64,000 bases of DNA, from assembly GCA_965235115.1 (NCBI GenBank), contig OZ249436.1:13888001-13952000 (forward strand), given 5' to 3'. The notes beneath the pieces were generated by a model. The model had not been told where the DNA came from, searched no databases, and was given only the letters and a program-made list of their open reading frames with translations. This DNA is from Laetmonice hystrix (lineage: Eukaryota). The position numbers and the translations under genes are program-made. Of this stretch, positions 1 to 14,965 are shown piece by piece (within the stretch, counting starts at the first letter, position 1; every line of letters starts with the position of its first letter).

Positions 1-1109
1 TTCATACTTAGTATAGACATAACCATTTAATGATCGTGATTGGCAAAACGAACTCTGCGAACAGAACATTTGTTTTCGGGTGTCGCGGATGACAGAGATT
101 AGGGTCAGTGACTCCGCACTTTTTGACATCATTGCCCGCCGATAGCTATTATTCCTTACTAAAAAACGAAAAGACTTACTGTAGATCAAAGACGTAGTAA
201 CTGCATGTGCATTTTTATTTGGGACAGATTGTTGTCCCCATTTTCATACTTTCTTCCATCATTCTGGCATTATATCTTGGCACGAAGTCTAGCAGCATAC
301 CATTGTTTTTGCGTGGTGGCTGATCGGCCGCGTCATGCAACCTCAAGTGCAATTTCATTTAGGAAGTTCCAAATCATGGAACATCTTCGGATGTTGTTGC
401 ATTCAATGACGATAGAAGTTTTCACAGATGTCGAAATGACAAACCACGGATGGCATCGCCCCGAGTTTGACAGAATTCCCAAACATATTCAAACAGTATT
501 TCATTTCATCATAACATGTGATATTACGACACTGTTACAACCAACGTTGTCAAATTGAAGATGCTAAAATAACTACGATTCCATCTCCATTTTTAGATAA
601 ATAAATATAGATGGAATCTTTAGAAACATAAAGTACGGGTATTGCCAATCAGCCTCGTGAAAAGCTTGACATAGTTTTTTTCTGTGTTTCTAAAACGGAG
701 TTAAGGCGTTATTTCATAGTTCTATGTGGGAACACATCGACAAAACAAAATATTTGATATGTGATGTCATACATGAATCATCGAACATCATTAACAATAC
801 GATTTCGTCTAGAGGGGCACTAGTCCCCTCACTTCTGTCGACAACGTTATTGGATGGTGCCAGAGGTGGCACAGGAGTCCGCAAGAGCACTTATAACACA
901 AGTAACACCTTTGGCTGGATGGCTAAAGATCATGGCTCGTGATTGGTTAAGATTACGGCATTTTGTGAACGATCGTGTGACTGTAGTGTTTCCTGAGTGT
1001 TACTCTAGATTCGAATCTTGTATATATGTTTTGATTTATATATAGCTGAAAGTGTAAATAGACAAAGAATTAAGTAACTGTTGTTGATGTTGACGAGGGG
1101 AACTTGACG

Positions 1110-1340
1110 TATATATTTAGGTTCTTTGGAGAGGTCAAATCGTAACCTCCTGACCTGTTTTAATAGAGTTGACTGGTTTTAAGAGCGATGCCCCGAGTAT
1201 AGGGTCAGGGCAGTTTACTTAGCTTGAGGAATACCCAGGAGGCAGGGACGGTAGAATGATAAACCCTAACTGTTTGTTAGCCGCAATGTCTTGCGCTAAG
1301 ATGAGCCTCATAATGTTGAAGAAAGTGTTCAGCACGCTCC
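1110..1340 (-). mobile_element. Possible decayed Penelope-like GIY-YIG endonuclease C-terminus
   Basis: Minus-strand translation with stops (...W..LKLSKLP*PYTRGIALKTSQLY*NRSGGYDL) resembles the RGI..ALKPSLNRxGGYxL tail of Penelope-like elements; by-eye similarity only. Confidence 0.3.
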
Positions 1341-4300
1341 ACTAAAGGAACGGTGACTATTTTCCATGAAACTAAACCTTCATCTTAGGACTGCAAACAA
1401 ACTACATAATGTTTGTAGAGTCGTCGGTTCAAGTAACGCTCGCTACTTGTATCCATGGTTCTAATTATGTGTTTCATAAGGTCAATGTATTTCTTTATTA
1501 TGTATGCTTACTTAACATAAGGCAACGTCACAAAATATTTTGTAATGTATAAGTTCATTAAAGCAATTAACTTTTGACAAGGGCGTCTTCATGGTTGGAC
1601 CATGGAGCGTTTCATTTGAATGCCCTTACCAATCGTTTTGGCTGGTGCATGTTAGCATTTGTAGACCGCTTGATTGGAAATAACGCTGTATTAGGATAAG
1701 TGTGCTCTAGTTAAGGTCAGAAAAGGAAACACTCTTTGTAACCCATTTCAAAATATCGTGCTGCTGGTAGTGTATGCAGAACAGCTACGCAAAATGCCAA
1801 CCTTATAAAATGTTGTCTATAGAATTTGTTAGATTTAAACTATTATGTTGCTTTTTATTGCCGAAATGGTGCCTTTGACCACGAGAATAAAAAGATATGC
1901 ACCAAGATGGAAAATATCTCCGTTGCTCCTTCGGGAACATGTTGACATTTTTTTAACGCAGTCATGTACGGTTCTGTAGGGTACATACGATATGTCCGGA
2001 ACCCGATGCTGACAAATGGGTGACTTGCCCTGGCGATATGTAACTCGCCGAGTGAATGATTCGTTAATGGTGTACGATACCTACCATGTGAGCCCGAGTG
2101 GAGGAGTAACTTTTTACCGTTTAATACGTAATTAACATATCAATACTCTAGTTCCAATCTAGAAATATGTGTGCAGTAAATACAGTTCTTTGTCTATATC
2201 TGGCTGAGTGGACACAAGTGACCAAATTGATTGTCTTAATTTCCCCCCTCCCTAATTTTGTTGTTGTCAACTCAGCTCTCACAGATCCTGAGTGTGTACC
2301 ATAACAGCTTTACTGGGAGAATAACTGGTAGGTATTCATGTCAAGGAATATCAGTAAAGACAATTCCTTATATTTGTTTAGTCTGCGTTTTATGTACTGG
2401 TTGGAGATTCTTACACCGTGTAATGTGTGGCGGTGGTTGTCGGATCATACCGCCTTCAGTCAGGAAGGAGTCCGCCACACACAGCGTTTACTTATCCTTA
2501 CTGACACTGACATATACAATGATATTTCTAACATACAATCCTTTTAAATGATAGCTCCATGTGACGTGTTTGATTGTTTTGTTTGAAGGAGGATGTTAAT
2601 TTACGTTAAGTACTTGACGGTTAAGGGGTGGGGTAGAATTGGGAAAAAAACTTTGTTTTATGTGTGCCTAGAGTCGACCACCTAGTGTCCAGAGATATCC
2701 TTTTTTCCTCTCCGCGCTTCTCAGTTAGTTTCTGTCATGCTACAACGATTTGCATACATTGGTGCCTATAGTAGATAAGACTGGGACTAACGGGGCGTTG
2801 AAGAAGCCAGGTCTGCCCTACCATCGTGATGGTGTCTACTACAGTTTAAATGATGGGGCCCAGTATCTATGCACCGTCATGTGGAGAAAGTGTTCATATA
2901 TTATGTTGATGTATGTCTACATGGAATGTATACTACCGTCAATATCCCCTCCAATCGTTTTTTGTCTTTGGTAACGACGAAGGTGCCCGCCAGAGTAAAT
3001 CTATAGATCTGCCAACATGGGGGGATGCTGAACCCCTCTCATAGTGGATCAATGTGAGAACCCTCGCTGAGGACGTACCCAGAACAGGTTATGCTGAGGG
3101 TAACATAATCCGCCGAGTACAGGCGTCCATGGAAATGAGCCATGGAATTCTAAGCATGTAATGCCACTCTATCCACTCAACAAATTAATACTCCACAGGA
3201 TTTAGACCATCTTACAAATCCAAGTGCTCTGTCTGAGAGGACAATTTGAGGCAAATAATCAATCGTTTGAGTACTATCTATGTTACAGTAAGGTTATTTT
3301 GGTTTCGCCATTTGTTTGAAGTGGTGCCACTTTGCTGTTTTTTCTAGGCGGAATAATCTTTGAAAGTTTATTAGATTTTCACGGTGACGGTTAACGTTAT
3401 GCACTTCCGCTTGGTCGTCAGGTCAGTTGTCTGACGTCACCTAAGTAATGTCTAAGTCTTGTACTGACTTGTTTTGTTTTTAAGTCTCGGGATAACTCGT
3501 GGAAGTAGTGAACGGGACTTCTGGTTTTATACTTCATCTTAAATTAGAACCGAAGTCATGTCAGATCCCCTCTCATTCCCTCTTTCTTTAAGCACCTGAG
3601 TTTATGTATACATGTCGTTTTGTTTAGCCTGTAGTTGAACACGACCGCTAACGTAGCGCTTGATTATTATGGGGTGGGGTTGAATGGGATGAATCAGTTG
3701 CGTGACACCTCTAATGGGTAATGGATTTCTTAATGAATGCGAGATTTCCAGTGGAGCATGTTGGATTCAACACTGCACTGCACGGAGAATCAGTGAATGT
3801 GTAATCCATTTTGACGGGGGTCAATATACGGGTCCGCAGGACTTTTTCTTATGGTGAGAGACAACATTTTCCCTTTTTCCTGTATTATTCTGTAATTTAC
3901 ATGGCTGGAGATTAAGTTGGGGATTTGATTTAACTGCCTCTGTTGCCACAATGATAAATAAAATTTTGATATATTTTGTAAAACATACCAACAGTGTTGT
4001 GGTTATTACGTCCCATACAATCACACTATAGATTATAAAATTGCAACCGTTCTTTACTACCATGTCCCATTGCTGCATACATTAATCAATCAATAAGGAT
4101 CCCACTAGAAGCAAGAATGGGACATCTCCTGTAATCCCGGACAATATTTCTCATTAAAATTTCAAATTATGAGGCCAGATTAAGGGCATGTTTGACTAAG
4201 TCAAGGTAATCACAGTTTCTGTGTGGTTGTATCGCGGATAAAAATGAGATAATGACTGAATATAAAAAAACCCTAATTTGAAAATATAACGGTCTTGAAA

Positions 4301-7300
4301 TTACTTGCTAATGAAAACACATTGGGCCTTTGAATACCATAACACGGTTGGCTTCATAGTTTATTTTACTTTTGTTTCTTTTTCATAATTGCAGCTACTT
4401 TGCGGTCATTATTATTATGAACATTATTGCCATTAGTTTGTAGATTTGAGTTCTGAAGCCGACTTGATGCATGGCTTCCCTGGGCGGAAGTCGCCAAACC
4501 TGCTGTCTGGATGGCTTCGTGCAGTTCCACACGGACGTAGTGAAACTGCCGTGCACTCAGCGCTCCGGAGAATATGTGCCATGTGGAATTGCCACCAGAA
4601 GTAGGCCTACATTGCAACAGTACAACCGTGGTAGCCGATCAGCCACGTTTGGTTGATGTCATTTCGTATGACACGGAGAAATTAGTCATGGAAGAGATGG
4701 CCGTGGTGAGACGATTACAGTTGTGCCAGTTTCGTCAGCTCACGCGAGCTTCACTCTGTCTATTAGCATTATCAAGCTGAATGTAGCGGGCTGAAATGAG
4801 TTACCGATACCATTTCAGTTTGACGGAAGGATGCGTTATTGAGGGAAAAGTTCCCAGAATGCCCTTTTGGTCATGCTAATGGAAGACATTGTTGACGTGG
4901 ACATGCACGTTGTAGTCTCACCATCCATAGTACCGCTAGGCACGAGATGCCTGTATCGAGCGCAAGCCGACCCGAGCTCAACTGGAAAACGTCTCATGAT
5001 TGGTTACGTGCTGGAGCCTCGCCGCGCATGCTCAGAAGTCGCCGCCGACCTTAATGATATTCGCTTGTCGTGAAGGATCCTAAACTCCTTTTGGATAACG
5101 CAATAGGCACGTGGATGGACACAGTTTGTCCACAAGGCTCGTTCATTACCCTTCCAGTATTATCGTACTGACCACTCCCAACCATTCCTTGACCGCTATA
5201 GGTTCTGATAGGTCATCCGCTGCGACTTCCGTCTGAAAACTGAATACGTATGGGGTATTATAAAAGAAATTGAACAAATACAAAACAATTTTAACGAAAA
5301 TGCATCGCTTACCATTTCTGATTTACTTATTTCCTTTTCGCATTACTCATACCGCGGTTTTAAATCTCATTTCCTGTTAGTTCTATCAGTTCATTCTCAC
5401 ATGTCATTCGGTGACTTTGAACAAGTTCTAATCACTGAAATAGAAATATTCATGAATTCATCCATGTGGCCACTTTACCCCAGTCGTTACACCTTTACAT
5501 TAGGTCCTTTCAACCAGCTTCTCCTGAGGAAGTCGCTTGCTGGCCCCATAACTGCTTGCGGTAGAGTTAATCTCTGTTCACTGAACATTTGGCCGCTCAT
5601 ACATAAACATGGCCCAGTCAGTAATGGCCTAGTTGGCCTAGTAAGGGGTTTCGATAGGAATAACTCCACGCACCCATCGAAAGCCATTACACTATTGAAC
5701 TCTGGTCTTCCTTGGTATATAACCATCAGAGCCAACTGAGTGAAACGCTGGAAACGATGGTGGTGGGATCGAGAAAGTAAGACGGAAGGTGACCAGACCA
5801 CGCCATCTATGTCGTCAAGTCGTCTGGGCAGTTATGTATTTTAATTGCACTCAGTATAACTAATGTTATCCGTACGTTCTGAAAGGAATTTGGATTTGTT
5901 TCTACGTTGCTGATTTCCTTGCACCGAGAAGGGTTTTAGGTTTCAGAGTGTCAGCATGGTTAGGGGGAAATCCCTCTTTGTTTCTTTGTGTAAATCAATA
6001 TACTACTTTCTAAAAAAGGAAATCTAATGAAAGAAAGTTAATGTCGTCATTGAATGGTAGACGAATATGTCATGTATGTAAATAGGCCTCGAGAAAGAGG
6101 TAGCCAAACGTTCTTTATGAAAGACGCTATAAAAGTAGATCTGCCTTTCATCCGAGATTTCAATAAAGGTCTAATGACCAGTCTAGACGCACGGGGGCGC
6201 TCTGTTCGCCGGCTTCATGACGTGCTGACGGCCATTTGGCTGGAAGAGCTCAATGCGCATGCGTCCCTTGCTTTTCATAACTCCCTAGCATTAGCCTCCG
6301 CCTTAAATCAACGGGGCCTGTCATTTGTTTTGCGTTATCATCAGACGCCGAAGCCTTCCCTGCGCTGGACTGCACATATTATTACAAATCGTATGTTAAC
6401 AGTAACTCGAGGCAATATATAACATCCTATGGAGGCGTCTTCACCTTGCTCTCCAAGCGCGACTTGTGCCAACATTGTGGCTTCAACTACCGACTTATTC
6501 TCTCTAAGTCTCTATTCTTTCCCTTATCTTATCTCTGCAGTCCAGAATATTTTCAGTGTGCGTAGATGGAGGTCTGGCAGAATCCCGAGGGGTGGCCCAG
6601 CCTTAAAAACTCGTCCGGCTGTGGATTCTGCCGAGTGATGGCAGAGACGCGCTAGATTGGTTTGAACGGGGAGCGGGAGGGGAAATAAGAAATAGGAATT
6701 TCATGTAGCGCCATCAGATCAAAGACGAAAATTGCTTTAAACGATTCAGCTCAACAGTCTATGGTTCCTCTTGGATGGAACTCTTTAGGGTGACGAGGTT
6801 GGAGGCAGAGCGGTTGAGCAGAGCCGGTTTGGGATGTTGGCCGTGAGGCAGGGGTCACAGATACAGCGCCCGTCGAGATTGGATGACGACTCGGCAGACG
6901 ACTTTCCCGCCCGCGCCCGCTTTACTTTATACCACACCAGGAAAAAGAACTTCGATTTGATGAAGGACGCGATTTTTCTTTGAGGCGTTTATGACAACTC
7001 GGTCTAGATTGCATATATTGCTCACATATAAGCCCCATTGGAACGACGCGAGTTCTGTTCTTGGGGGTCGGCGTTCTGAACTGCCCACCGTTTTGACTTC
7101 ACCGCTCGACAGTAAATCAACAAGATAGAAAGACATTCGTCAATAAACTCTTTATTTCTAGATATGACTCCTGCACGCGTGTGTTATGGTTTTTTGGGGG
7201 TCAGCATTGGACAAGTAGGAATCTTTGCCACTCACAAAAAGGTACAGAATGCTGAAAATAAGCTTACATTGGGCCAATGTAACATCGGACACTTTAATTC

Positions 7301-7756
7301 CCAAAACTACTTCAAACACGGGTCCTTTTTGAAATTACTAAACGGAGCTGGATAGTTTCGAAATATCCGCATTACGTTTGTGAGATAATGGAAGTGTCTC
7401 TATCTTGACGAGCACACGTGCTGATTAAAATAGGTAAATGCCAACAAACACTAGGTATGTGGAAGGGTATAGATATTAATTATGTTCTAAAATAATGTTT
7501 CTGATAAATATTTCAATATTTGGTAGACATCAATCAACTTGATAATTATCTGACGCAATTTCTTAGGGCCAACTTACCTTAATTTCCAAAATATCTTATT
7601 TTCCCCAAGAGTGACACAGTGGCACCCAACAAATTTGGATTCAGCACCCTCAAATTTCCCAGTATCAGTCAAAAAACATTGTCTGTACCCAAATTCGAGG
7701 TTTTCTCATTTTCCACCGGACTAAATCTACTACCGGTATCTAATTGATCTTATGAA

Positions 7757-7945
7757 CAGCGCCTCCGCCAGGATTTCAGAAAGGTAGGGTAATATGTCAA
7801 GGAAGGTGCATGTTTTGCCACCAACAAGTGCCTGCGGCAAAGAGGCAAGGTACAAAGTGTTATCGAGGGGAATCTGGGTTATAACCCAGAAGAAACATTT
7901 TTAGAAAGGGAAACTAAAGTTTTCTATTATTTTCCCTCCTGAAAT
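7757..7945. mobile_element. Truncated MITE-like fragment
   Basis: Starts CAGCGCCTCCGCCAGGATTT, similar to the left ends of the other MITEs here; no right TIR found. Confidence 0.25.
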
Positions 7946-9345
7946 GGATGCAATGGATTGATACTGTGTACTGTTTGTAGATCTATAGATCTATAAACGC
8001 AAAGGATTACTTGAGTGGAACTAAATTCTTGTTCTTTGACTGAGAAAAAAGACAGCATGGCAGAAATGAGATGGTTTACGGATATAGCTGACCATTATTT
8101 GTAGTCAATCCAATGTCTAACCAAGTCACCCATGCCGTCAGCGGCACACATTGCATTAGTTGCCATTAAAACTTTTACTGAACCAACAATGATCAAGCGA
8201 TTAATTAACCATCGGGCATAATTTATTGTATTTATAATTCATGTATAAAAGTAAGCAAGATGTGTGTCGTAAATAGAGTAGGTGAAAGATATTCCAGTAT
8301 ACGCACTGCTCTAATAAAGTCTTGTGCTATAAATACCAGGTGGTGGTGGCCATTGTCCAGGTTTGTTTGTCACACCTCACGCAGGTGACTCTGTACGTCA
8401 GTCAGTTACAGTCAACAGTTTTACCTGTAGACAGTATGACACCGCCAGACATGCTTGGTTGTAGCACCTTGATTTAATTTGGGCAGACAGGACGGTAGAA
8501 ATGGTGTCTTGACTAATATGAATACTGTTCTACCTGGAAACCTTCTGATGTTAAGGTCGGCGTTCTCTTATATTGCTTTGTGATAAAGAACCCACTAAAA
8601 TACAGCCATGTAGGCAATTGGTTTTGGAGGTGAGACCCTAATTTGTATATAAATGACTGTAACTATGTGGACCTTGACGCTGGGTGACGACTGTCGTATG
8701 CCGAACGTCGGTGTCACGTGCCTCATTGTCCATGTTACCCTGATTTTATCATTTTTATTAATATCTTTGAAGAAAATCGACTTGCAGGAAGAAACTATGG
8801 ATCGCCACCCCATTTTTAGTCCTCCAGACGGGATCTACACCTCCAACGTTTTGGTTGTCGCCTGTAAAATGTGTTTATCTTACTAAAACAATGTGGTTGT
8901 GTTGGACACCACTCTGGAGGTCCAGCTTGACCTCCTCACTATATAAAGCCACGGAACCACTGGTCACATGTACAGTGAACGGTCACGTCTGAAAGTATCG
9001 CTTAGATAGACTCGGGTCTGTCTCCCATGAACTGGCTGATGGGTCGGAAGGAGCTTGCATGGGTCCACGTTCGGTCGTAGTCTGGCAACACGTGCTGATG
9101 GTTCAAACACTGAGAGTATGATGAGTCGCAAAGTGTCCACTTGGAGCCGGGAGGGTGCAAGGCTGAGAAAAGTGCGATACGACTCTTCTAAAGGGATGTA
9201 GCAATACAACCCGTTCCCCGTCAGTGGGTCGATCTGTGGCATAGTTCCGTACGGCGGCTACCATTGGGTTATCACGTGTTGTCTCAGACGCCAGATCTTC
9301 GAACGGTAGGATGAACATATCTAGTCGACTAAGACCAAGTTCACA

Positions 9346-9507
9346 TTTTCTTTTTTCTCTTTTTTTTCCTTTTCTTTTCTCTTTTTTCTCTCTCTCCCTC
9401 TCTCTATCTCTCTCTGTCTCGTTCTCTCTCCCTTCCTCTCCCTCTCTCCCTCCATCTCTCTCTCTCTCTCTCTTTCTCTCTCCCGCGCCCCTCTCTCGCT
9501 CTCTCTT
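9346..9507. repeat. CT/TTTC-rich microsatellite
   Basis: Imperfect (CT)n and T-rich run. Confidence 0.9.
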
Positions 9508-9965
9508 CGTCGCATATTATGAATAATTGAAGTGTTTCAGGTTTCACTTAGCACAGCTGTAATACAAGTCCCACGATTGCGATAAATCTTTGTCACGGAA
9601 AACGACAGAATGCATTAGCATAGCGGGGGCATTTGCAGCACTTGTGAATATTGCTGTGAGCAAAAAAGGAAACAAACTGAGTTTGCAGGAATCTAGTTTG
9701 AGTAGTAGGGAGCAGCGTTTGGGGGTTCCTTCTCCCAAAATAAGGTGCTGTTGTGAAAATACATGAACATATGAACATATATATTTTAATACTCTATAAC
9801 ATAGAATAGAATTCTCTGACGCTATGCGCAGGTTCAATGTAGGTTTTCATACTGCTATCATATAGATATATATTTAGCACGAATTGCCATGAAAGTGTTT
9901 TACGAGACACTAACGGCAAATAGACTGATATAACGATAAAAGGAGACATAGAACACACCTGTTAA

Positions 9966-10506
9966 TTTACCAATACCAGGGGGGGGCGGGGGTGACACAT
10001 TGGATGGAAGGGATGTGTTTACCCATACCAGGGGAGTGACACATTTGATAGAAGGGATGTGTTTACCCATAGCAGCTAGGGGGGTGACCCATCGGATGGA
10101 AGGGATGTGTTTACCCATACCAGGGGGGTGACCCATCGGATGGAAGGGATGTGTTTACCCATACCAGGGGGTGACCCATCGGATGGATGGGTTGTGTTTA
10201 CCCATACCAGGGGGTGACCCATCGGATGGATGGGATGTGTTTACCCATACCAGGGGGTGACCCATCGGATGGATGGGTTGTGTTTACCCATACCAGGGGG
10301 GGTGACCCATCGGATGGAAGGGATGTGTTTACCCATACCAGGGGGTGACCCATCGGATGGATGGGTTGTGTTTACCCATACCAGGGGGGTGACCCATCGG
10401 ATGGATGGGATGTGTTTACCCATACCACGGGGTGACCCATCGGATGGATGGGTTGTGTTTACCCATACCAGGGGGTGACCCATCGGATGGATGGGATGTG
10501 TTTACC
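9966..10506. repeat. Minisatellite, ~43-45-bp unit, ~12 copies
   Basis: Unit GGGGGTGACCCATCGGATGGAAGGGATGTGTTTACCCATACCA with a variable G-run. Confidence 0.95.
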
Positions 10507-12763
10507 TGTCTGTTGATGTTCGATATATAACTCCCATAGGTGATAACCGTAGATTAGTCGTCTCGTGGATGTTCAAAACGTCTTCAAGACAAGTACCGAA
10601 TTTGGAAGAGTTCTTGGGACAACCACAAGGATTCTGTATTTTTGCGATCCTGTTCATGTGAAACTGTTGTGTTTATAACCCAAGGACGTTAGCCCTGAGG
10701 GCATGTCGGCCTTCCTCCTCTGTCGTCTGCTCTCAGGCGCGAGCTGCCGTCAGACTGTCGTCCCACCTGCACGTCCTGGACGTCACGTCGCCGCCCGTGT
10801 CGACCCTTTGTCCTATACTGTTTCTTTAAGCTTCGTTACCGGAAACTGGCTGTCAGAAAACACGGGGTTTCCATTCTGTATCACTGGCGCACAGGCCGGA
10901 TTCAATGTAGGATCCAATTAGTCGAGCTAAGCAGAAGCGAAAACAATGTCGATTGCCCTGTGTTCTTCCCATTGTATACCGAGCCACGAGCTAGAGCTAA
11001 GACGGTTGGACACAATGTAATGGACAAGGAGCGAGGATTTGTCGCCGCATCACTTGTGTAGCTTTCACGCCTCTAGACGCTTGAAGTTTTGCAATACCCT
11101 TGAAGCTGTGATTAGATGGTTAGGGGACTTATTACACATACCTACGTAGAGTATTAAAGGTACTTCTTCACATATATTATAGTGGATCTCTGCATGTCTA
11201 CGCTGGCCCATTCTGTGTTTAAAGAGCCTCGCAAGCTATAACCCCACTATTATTATTTAAAGCCAATCCATCTAGTTATTACTTGAGTTTCAGAAAGACG
11301 TGTAAAATTATACTAACTTTGATCAAGGTAATTATTTCATCTTTAAACGTGCCTTCTTTTCACACGCAACTGATAGAATGTGTCGATTATTTGATATTCT
11401 TCGTTCTAGGTTCACCTTTGGCTAACCCTGTGTGTGAGGTCATTACTGCAACGAGAAGTGTCAGGCTCTAGAAGAACCCAACTGGCCGGATGACCGACAA
11501 AGATCAGAAATACACGCGGGTTCCATTTGTCTTCACCAGGAGGTCAATCTGCGGATAATTGCTCAGTGGGGAGCTGAGCAACGTCTGTTTATCAAGCAAG
11601 ATGAAGGTTCGGTTGGGTATTCTACCCATTTCACCCCCAGTCCTCCCTGATCGCTACAGACCTCAGCATCCCTTTAGAGCAGCTGTGCTAGGCCGGTTGG
11701 GTTATTTTCATTTGTAGTGGATCAATATACAACGAACGAATATGTAGTACGGCCCCTGCAGCTGTTCGGATTGGTTATTGATGTGTCTTGATTTTGCCGA
11801 GTAACCCGTAAACTCGCCTAAGTGCATCCATTCTCCCGATTATATTTTGCATTTTGACTCGGAGCCAGCCGAGATGTACCCCAAAAATGCCCAACTATAG
11901 CTCCGGTTATATCGTAACGCCTCTTTGGTAGGCACATGAATCTATAGGTATTTTGATCTGGTGATCCCACGCTCGGTCCTCGCCACGTGCCCGCTAATGT
12001 TAGGATTTAGGCGCGCCAACAAACTGCGAGCAGCAACAAGACTGGGGCAGGGGCGTCGAGATGAAGAGATCGATACTACTAATTGGAGTAACTGTGGCCA
12101 CATCTGGGCCGTCCACCGCTATCACGATCGGTGATGGAAATTCAAGTGGTTACGCCGTCTCTGGTATATTCTAATGAATGGTTCGGCCGCCAGGAGGGGG
12201 TCACAAATTCTCTTGATTCGACCCAGGAGTGCGCAATGTATGCGGGAGTCGGATCGATCGATACCTCGACCGTTACAACAGGGACCACATATCTGTATCT
12301 GCATCCTGGCGCTCACTGCGTGTCAAAGATAGATAACAAAATATCATCTTATCTCTTTGAACGAGGAATAATGAAAAGGAGAAAGATAGGTGATCTATAA
12401 TCCGTTACCATCGCAAACATGACTAAGGAGACGGACTTCCTCGTTAAGACAGGGGTAAAGATACCCAACTCCTTTCTCTGCCTTCCATATCTATCTCTCC
12501 ATCACACACTTCATGTTGCCTTCTTACTGGACTTACCTCTCTGCCCTTATTTTAATTTACGTGTCGTGTCTCTTACATTTATTTTTTCTTTCATTCATTC
12601 ATTTATTTATCTTTCTATCTAGTAAGTTAGTTAAATTAAATTAAGTTGGTCGTCACATCGCAGAGTCTCCTCGTCCCATCTGCATGGCGACATTATTCGT
12701 CCTATCAACATGTGACCATCTCTAACAACTGTATAATTTGCTGATGTCTCTCGGCGACGAGCA

Positions 12764-12868
12764 CTACATCTCAGTACCTTGGCCGTGCTACATCTCGGTA
12801 CCTTGGCCGTGCTACATCTCGGTACCTTGGCCGTGCTACATCTCGGTACCTTGGCCGTGCTACATCTC
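12764..12868. repeat. Minisatellite, 24-bp unit, ~4.3 copies
   Basis: Unit CTACATCTCGGTACCTTGGCCGTG. Confidence 0.95.
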
Positions 12869-14965
12869 ACATGGTACTCAGGATAACCCCTTCCCAAGGT
12901 CCCCCGGCGACAGGCGCAGCCAACAGCAATTATTACTTTCCAACTACGACTAATAGTGGCATTATTTCAAGTAAACGGTTCTCTGTCACTTGCCAATAGA
13001 GACAACCACTGTTTGAGGTTAAGGTTAATTGTAGGAAAACCAAACTAATGACTCGCCAGGGGGCACAGGTGTATCATCTTCCTGACAACCTGGCCTTACC
13101 GTTACACGAGGTACGAGGAGAGCTGGGTCTGGAGGATCAGCAAGTTTACTGGTTTATTATAGCTATATCAAACTTGTACATGGTAGTTATGTTTGTACAC
13201 AGTCATAAGTTGAGAAACCTATCTATATATTATATGGAAGAGTGTAATGTAAAATTACAGCAATATTGTCATCATAAAATGTTGTAGTCTAGAGCGCTGA
13301 TAACGAACAATCTATATGGATTGCTTCTTGTCAAAATAGACTTGTTCGGTTCGAAATCAGCTTAGCCTTGAAAATACTGCCTGGAATAATCTATTTCCAC
13401 AAAGAGCAATCTCTGTCATTTGATTTCCATATTTTCTCCTTAATAGCGTCAGGATTATACTGCACGCACAATTTCCTTTCGGGTCATTAGGATTCGTCCA
13501 ACGGAGCCGGGCGCCACCGGTGGTGGATCGGATAAATGCCACAAGGGGGCGCCACGGAGAGCGGCGCGGTGCTGACGGCCGGGTGGGTGGTGGGAGGCAA
13601 TCCGCTATAGTGCATGCTTGAGACCATTGGGTCCACACGAACCAGGATTCCAGACCGTCCAACTCTGCTAGATAAACGTCAAAATAAAAGGTTGAAACGT
13701 CTTAGATGTTGTTTGAAAGTATTAGACTTTGCACGGACAGGCACTGACGGCTTGGGGGGTTCGGACTAAATGAGACAAATCGTTTCGGTGGAGGTTTTAA
13801 ATACCTGCTCCCCAGGGAACGTGTTTTTATGTACTTATGTCATTATTTCTGTCTGTGAATAATCATAGGCTCCCAACGGGAAATTGTGTTTGTGAATATA
13901 CGACGTCATGGAATCGCTAAAAAAGGTTCTCTCAAGGTTATCTATGCAAGGATTATATGGGTTAAGCATCAACTAATTGCACGCAAAGTCAATGGAACAG
14001 AATCGGGATTTTTGGAGGGACACTTGTCCTTCGTAAACACCATCCACCTAATGTTAATGTTAGACTTTATCCCCTAAAGTTATCAGTATCTCACATACTG
14101 CCACTAAAGATACTGCTGGTTTGGAATATAGTCTTGTACTATATGGTACATTATCATCCTAACTATAGGCCTATGTCAATTCTATAAGGTCAAAGATAGG
14201 ACATGTTCCCCTGGCAACCATAATGGATAATATAGTTTAAGGCCACTGCTATTTAACCTTCATGATAGGGTACGCCCCCTTCAGAATCCGAACAGATCCC
14301 CCCCCCCCCCCCCCCCCCCATCTAACCTGGAGACCTGCAGAACTCCCGTCAGCTCCGCCAGGTTACGATTTATGGTATTTTCTCTGTCTCTGAAATCAGA
14401 CAACCAAATACCCAGAGGTTTTGAGGTACACCCCTTCACACGTCGTCCCCGGGGGGCATTTCAGGTTGTTTTGTGAAACTCCGGCGGTCGGCAGCGAGTT
14501 GTTCCCAAAGGTTATACTTCACAGAATGGCACCTCTATCCATCCTTATATACCCGGGTCGGGCCCCTGGCGGCCACCACCTCCAGCCCCGCCCAACACCC
14601 TGCCGGGATGGTCGACTTGACGGGGGCCACCCCACCCGCCATTCGAGGGCGCATTCCCCCTCGGGTTGAAGAAGATTAGGGCAACTTAGCATGATGCCCA
14701 CATCGTACGGAGGCACAGGGGCGTTTGGTAGAACATCGCATAGTGATCTTCCGTGCCAGCAAACATAGGCGGACACAGCTTTGTTGATATCTCTTGGTGG
14801 GCATTAGAAAACAAATTCTCCCGTCCGTATTAAGTTTTAATCTTCCTCCACTTAACAGAAACTTTCGCCATCAGTATTCGTTGTAGGTATTGTAGTTTAT
14901 TGACCTTATATCGAACCGAGGAGAACGTTCCGGTGATCATAACCTTGGTGGGCCAAGTTTCATTC

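Noticed and set aside
4366-5801. Short ORFs and splice-like signals suggesting a minus-strand gene
   Set aside because: No recognisable protein similarity and no consistent exon chain could be built.
7190-7726. AT-rich segment resembling a non-autonomous DNA transposon end (…TTCCACCGGACTA)
   Set aside because: No matching opposite terminus or second copy in the window.
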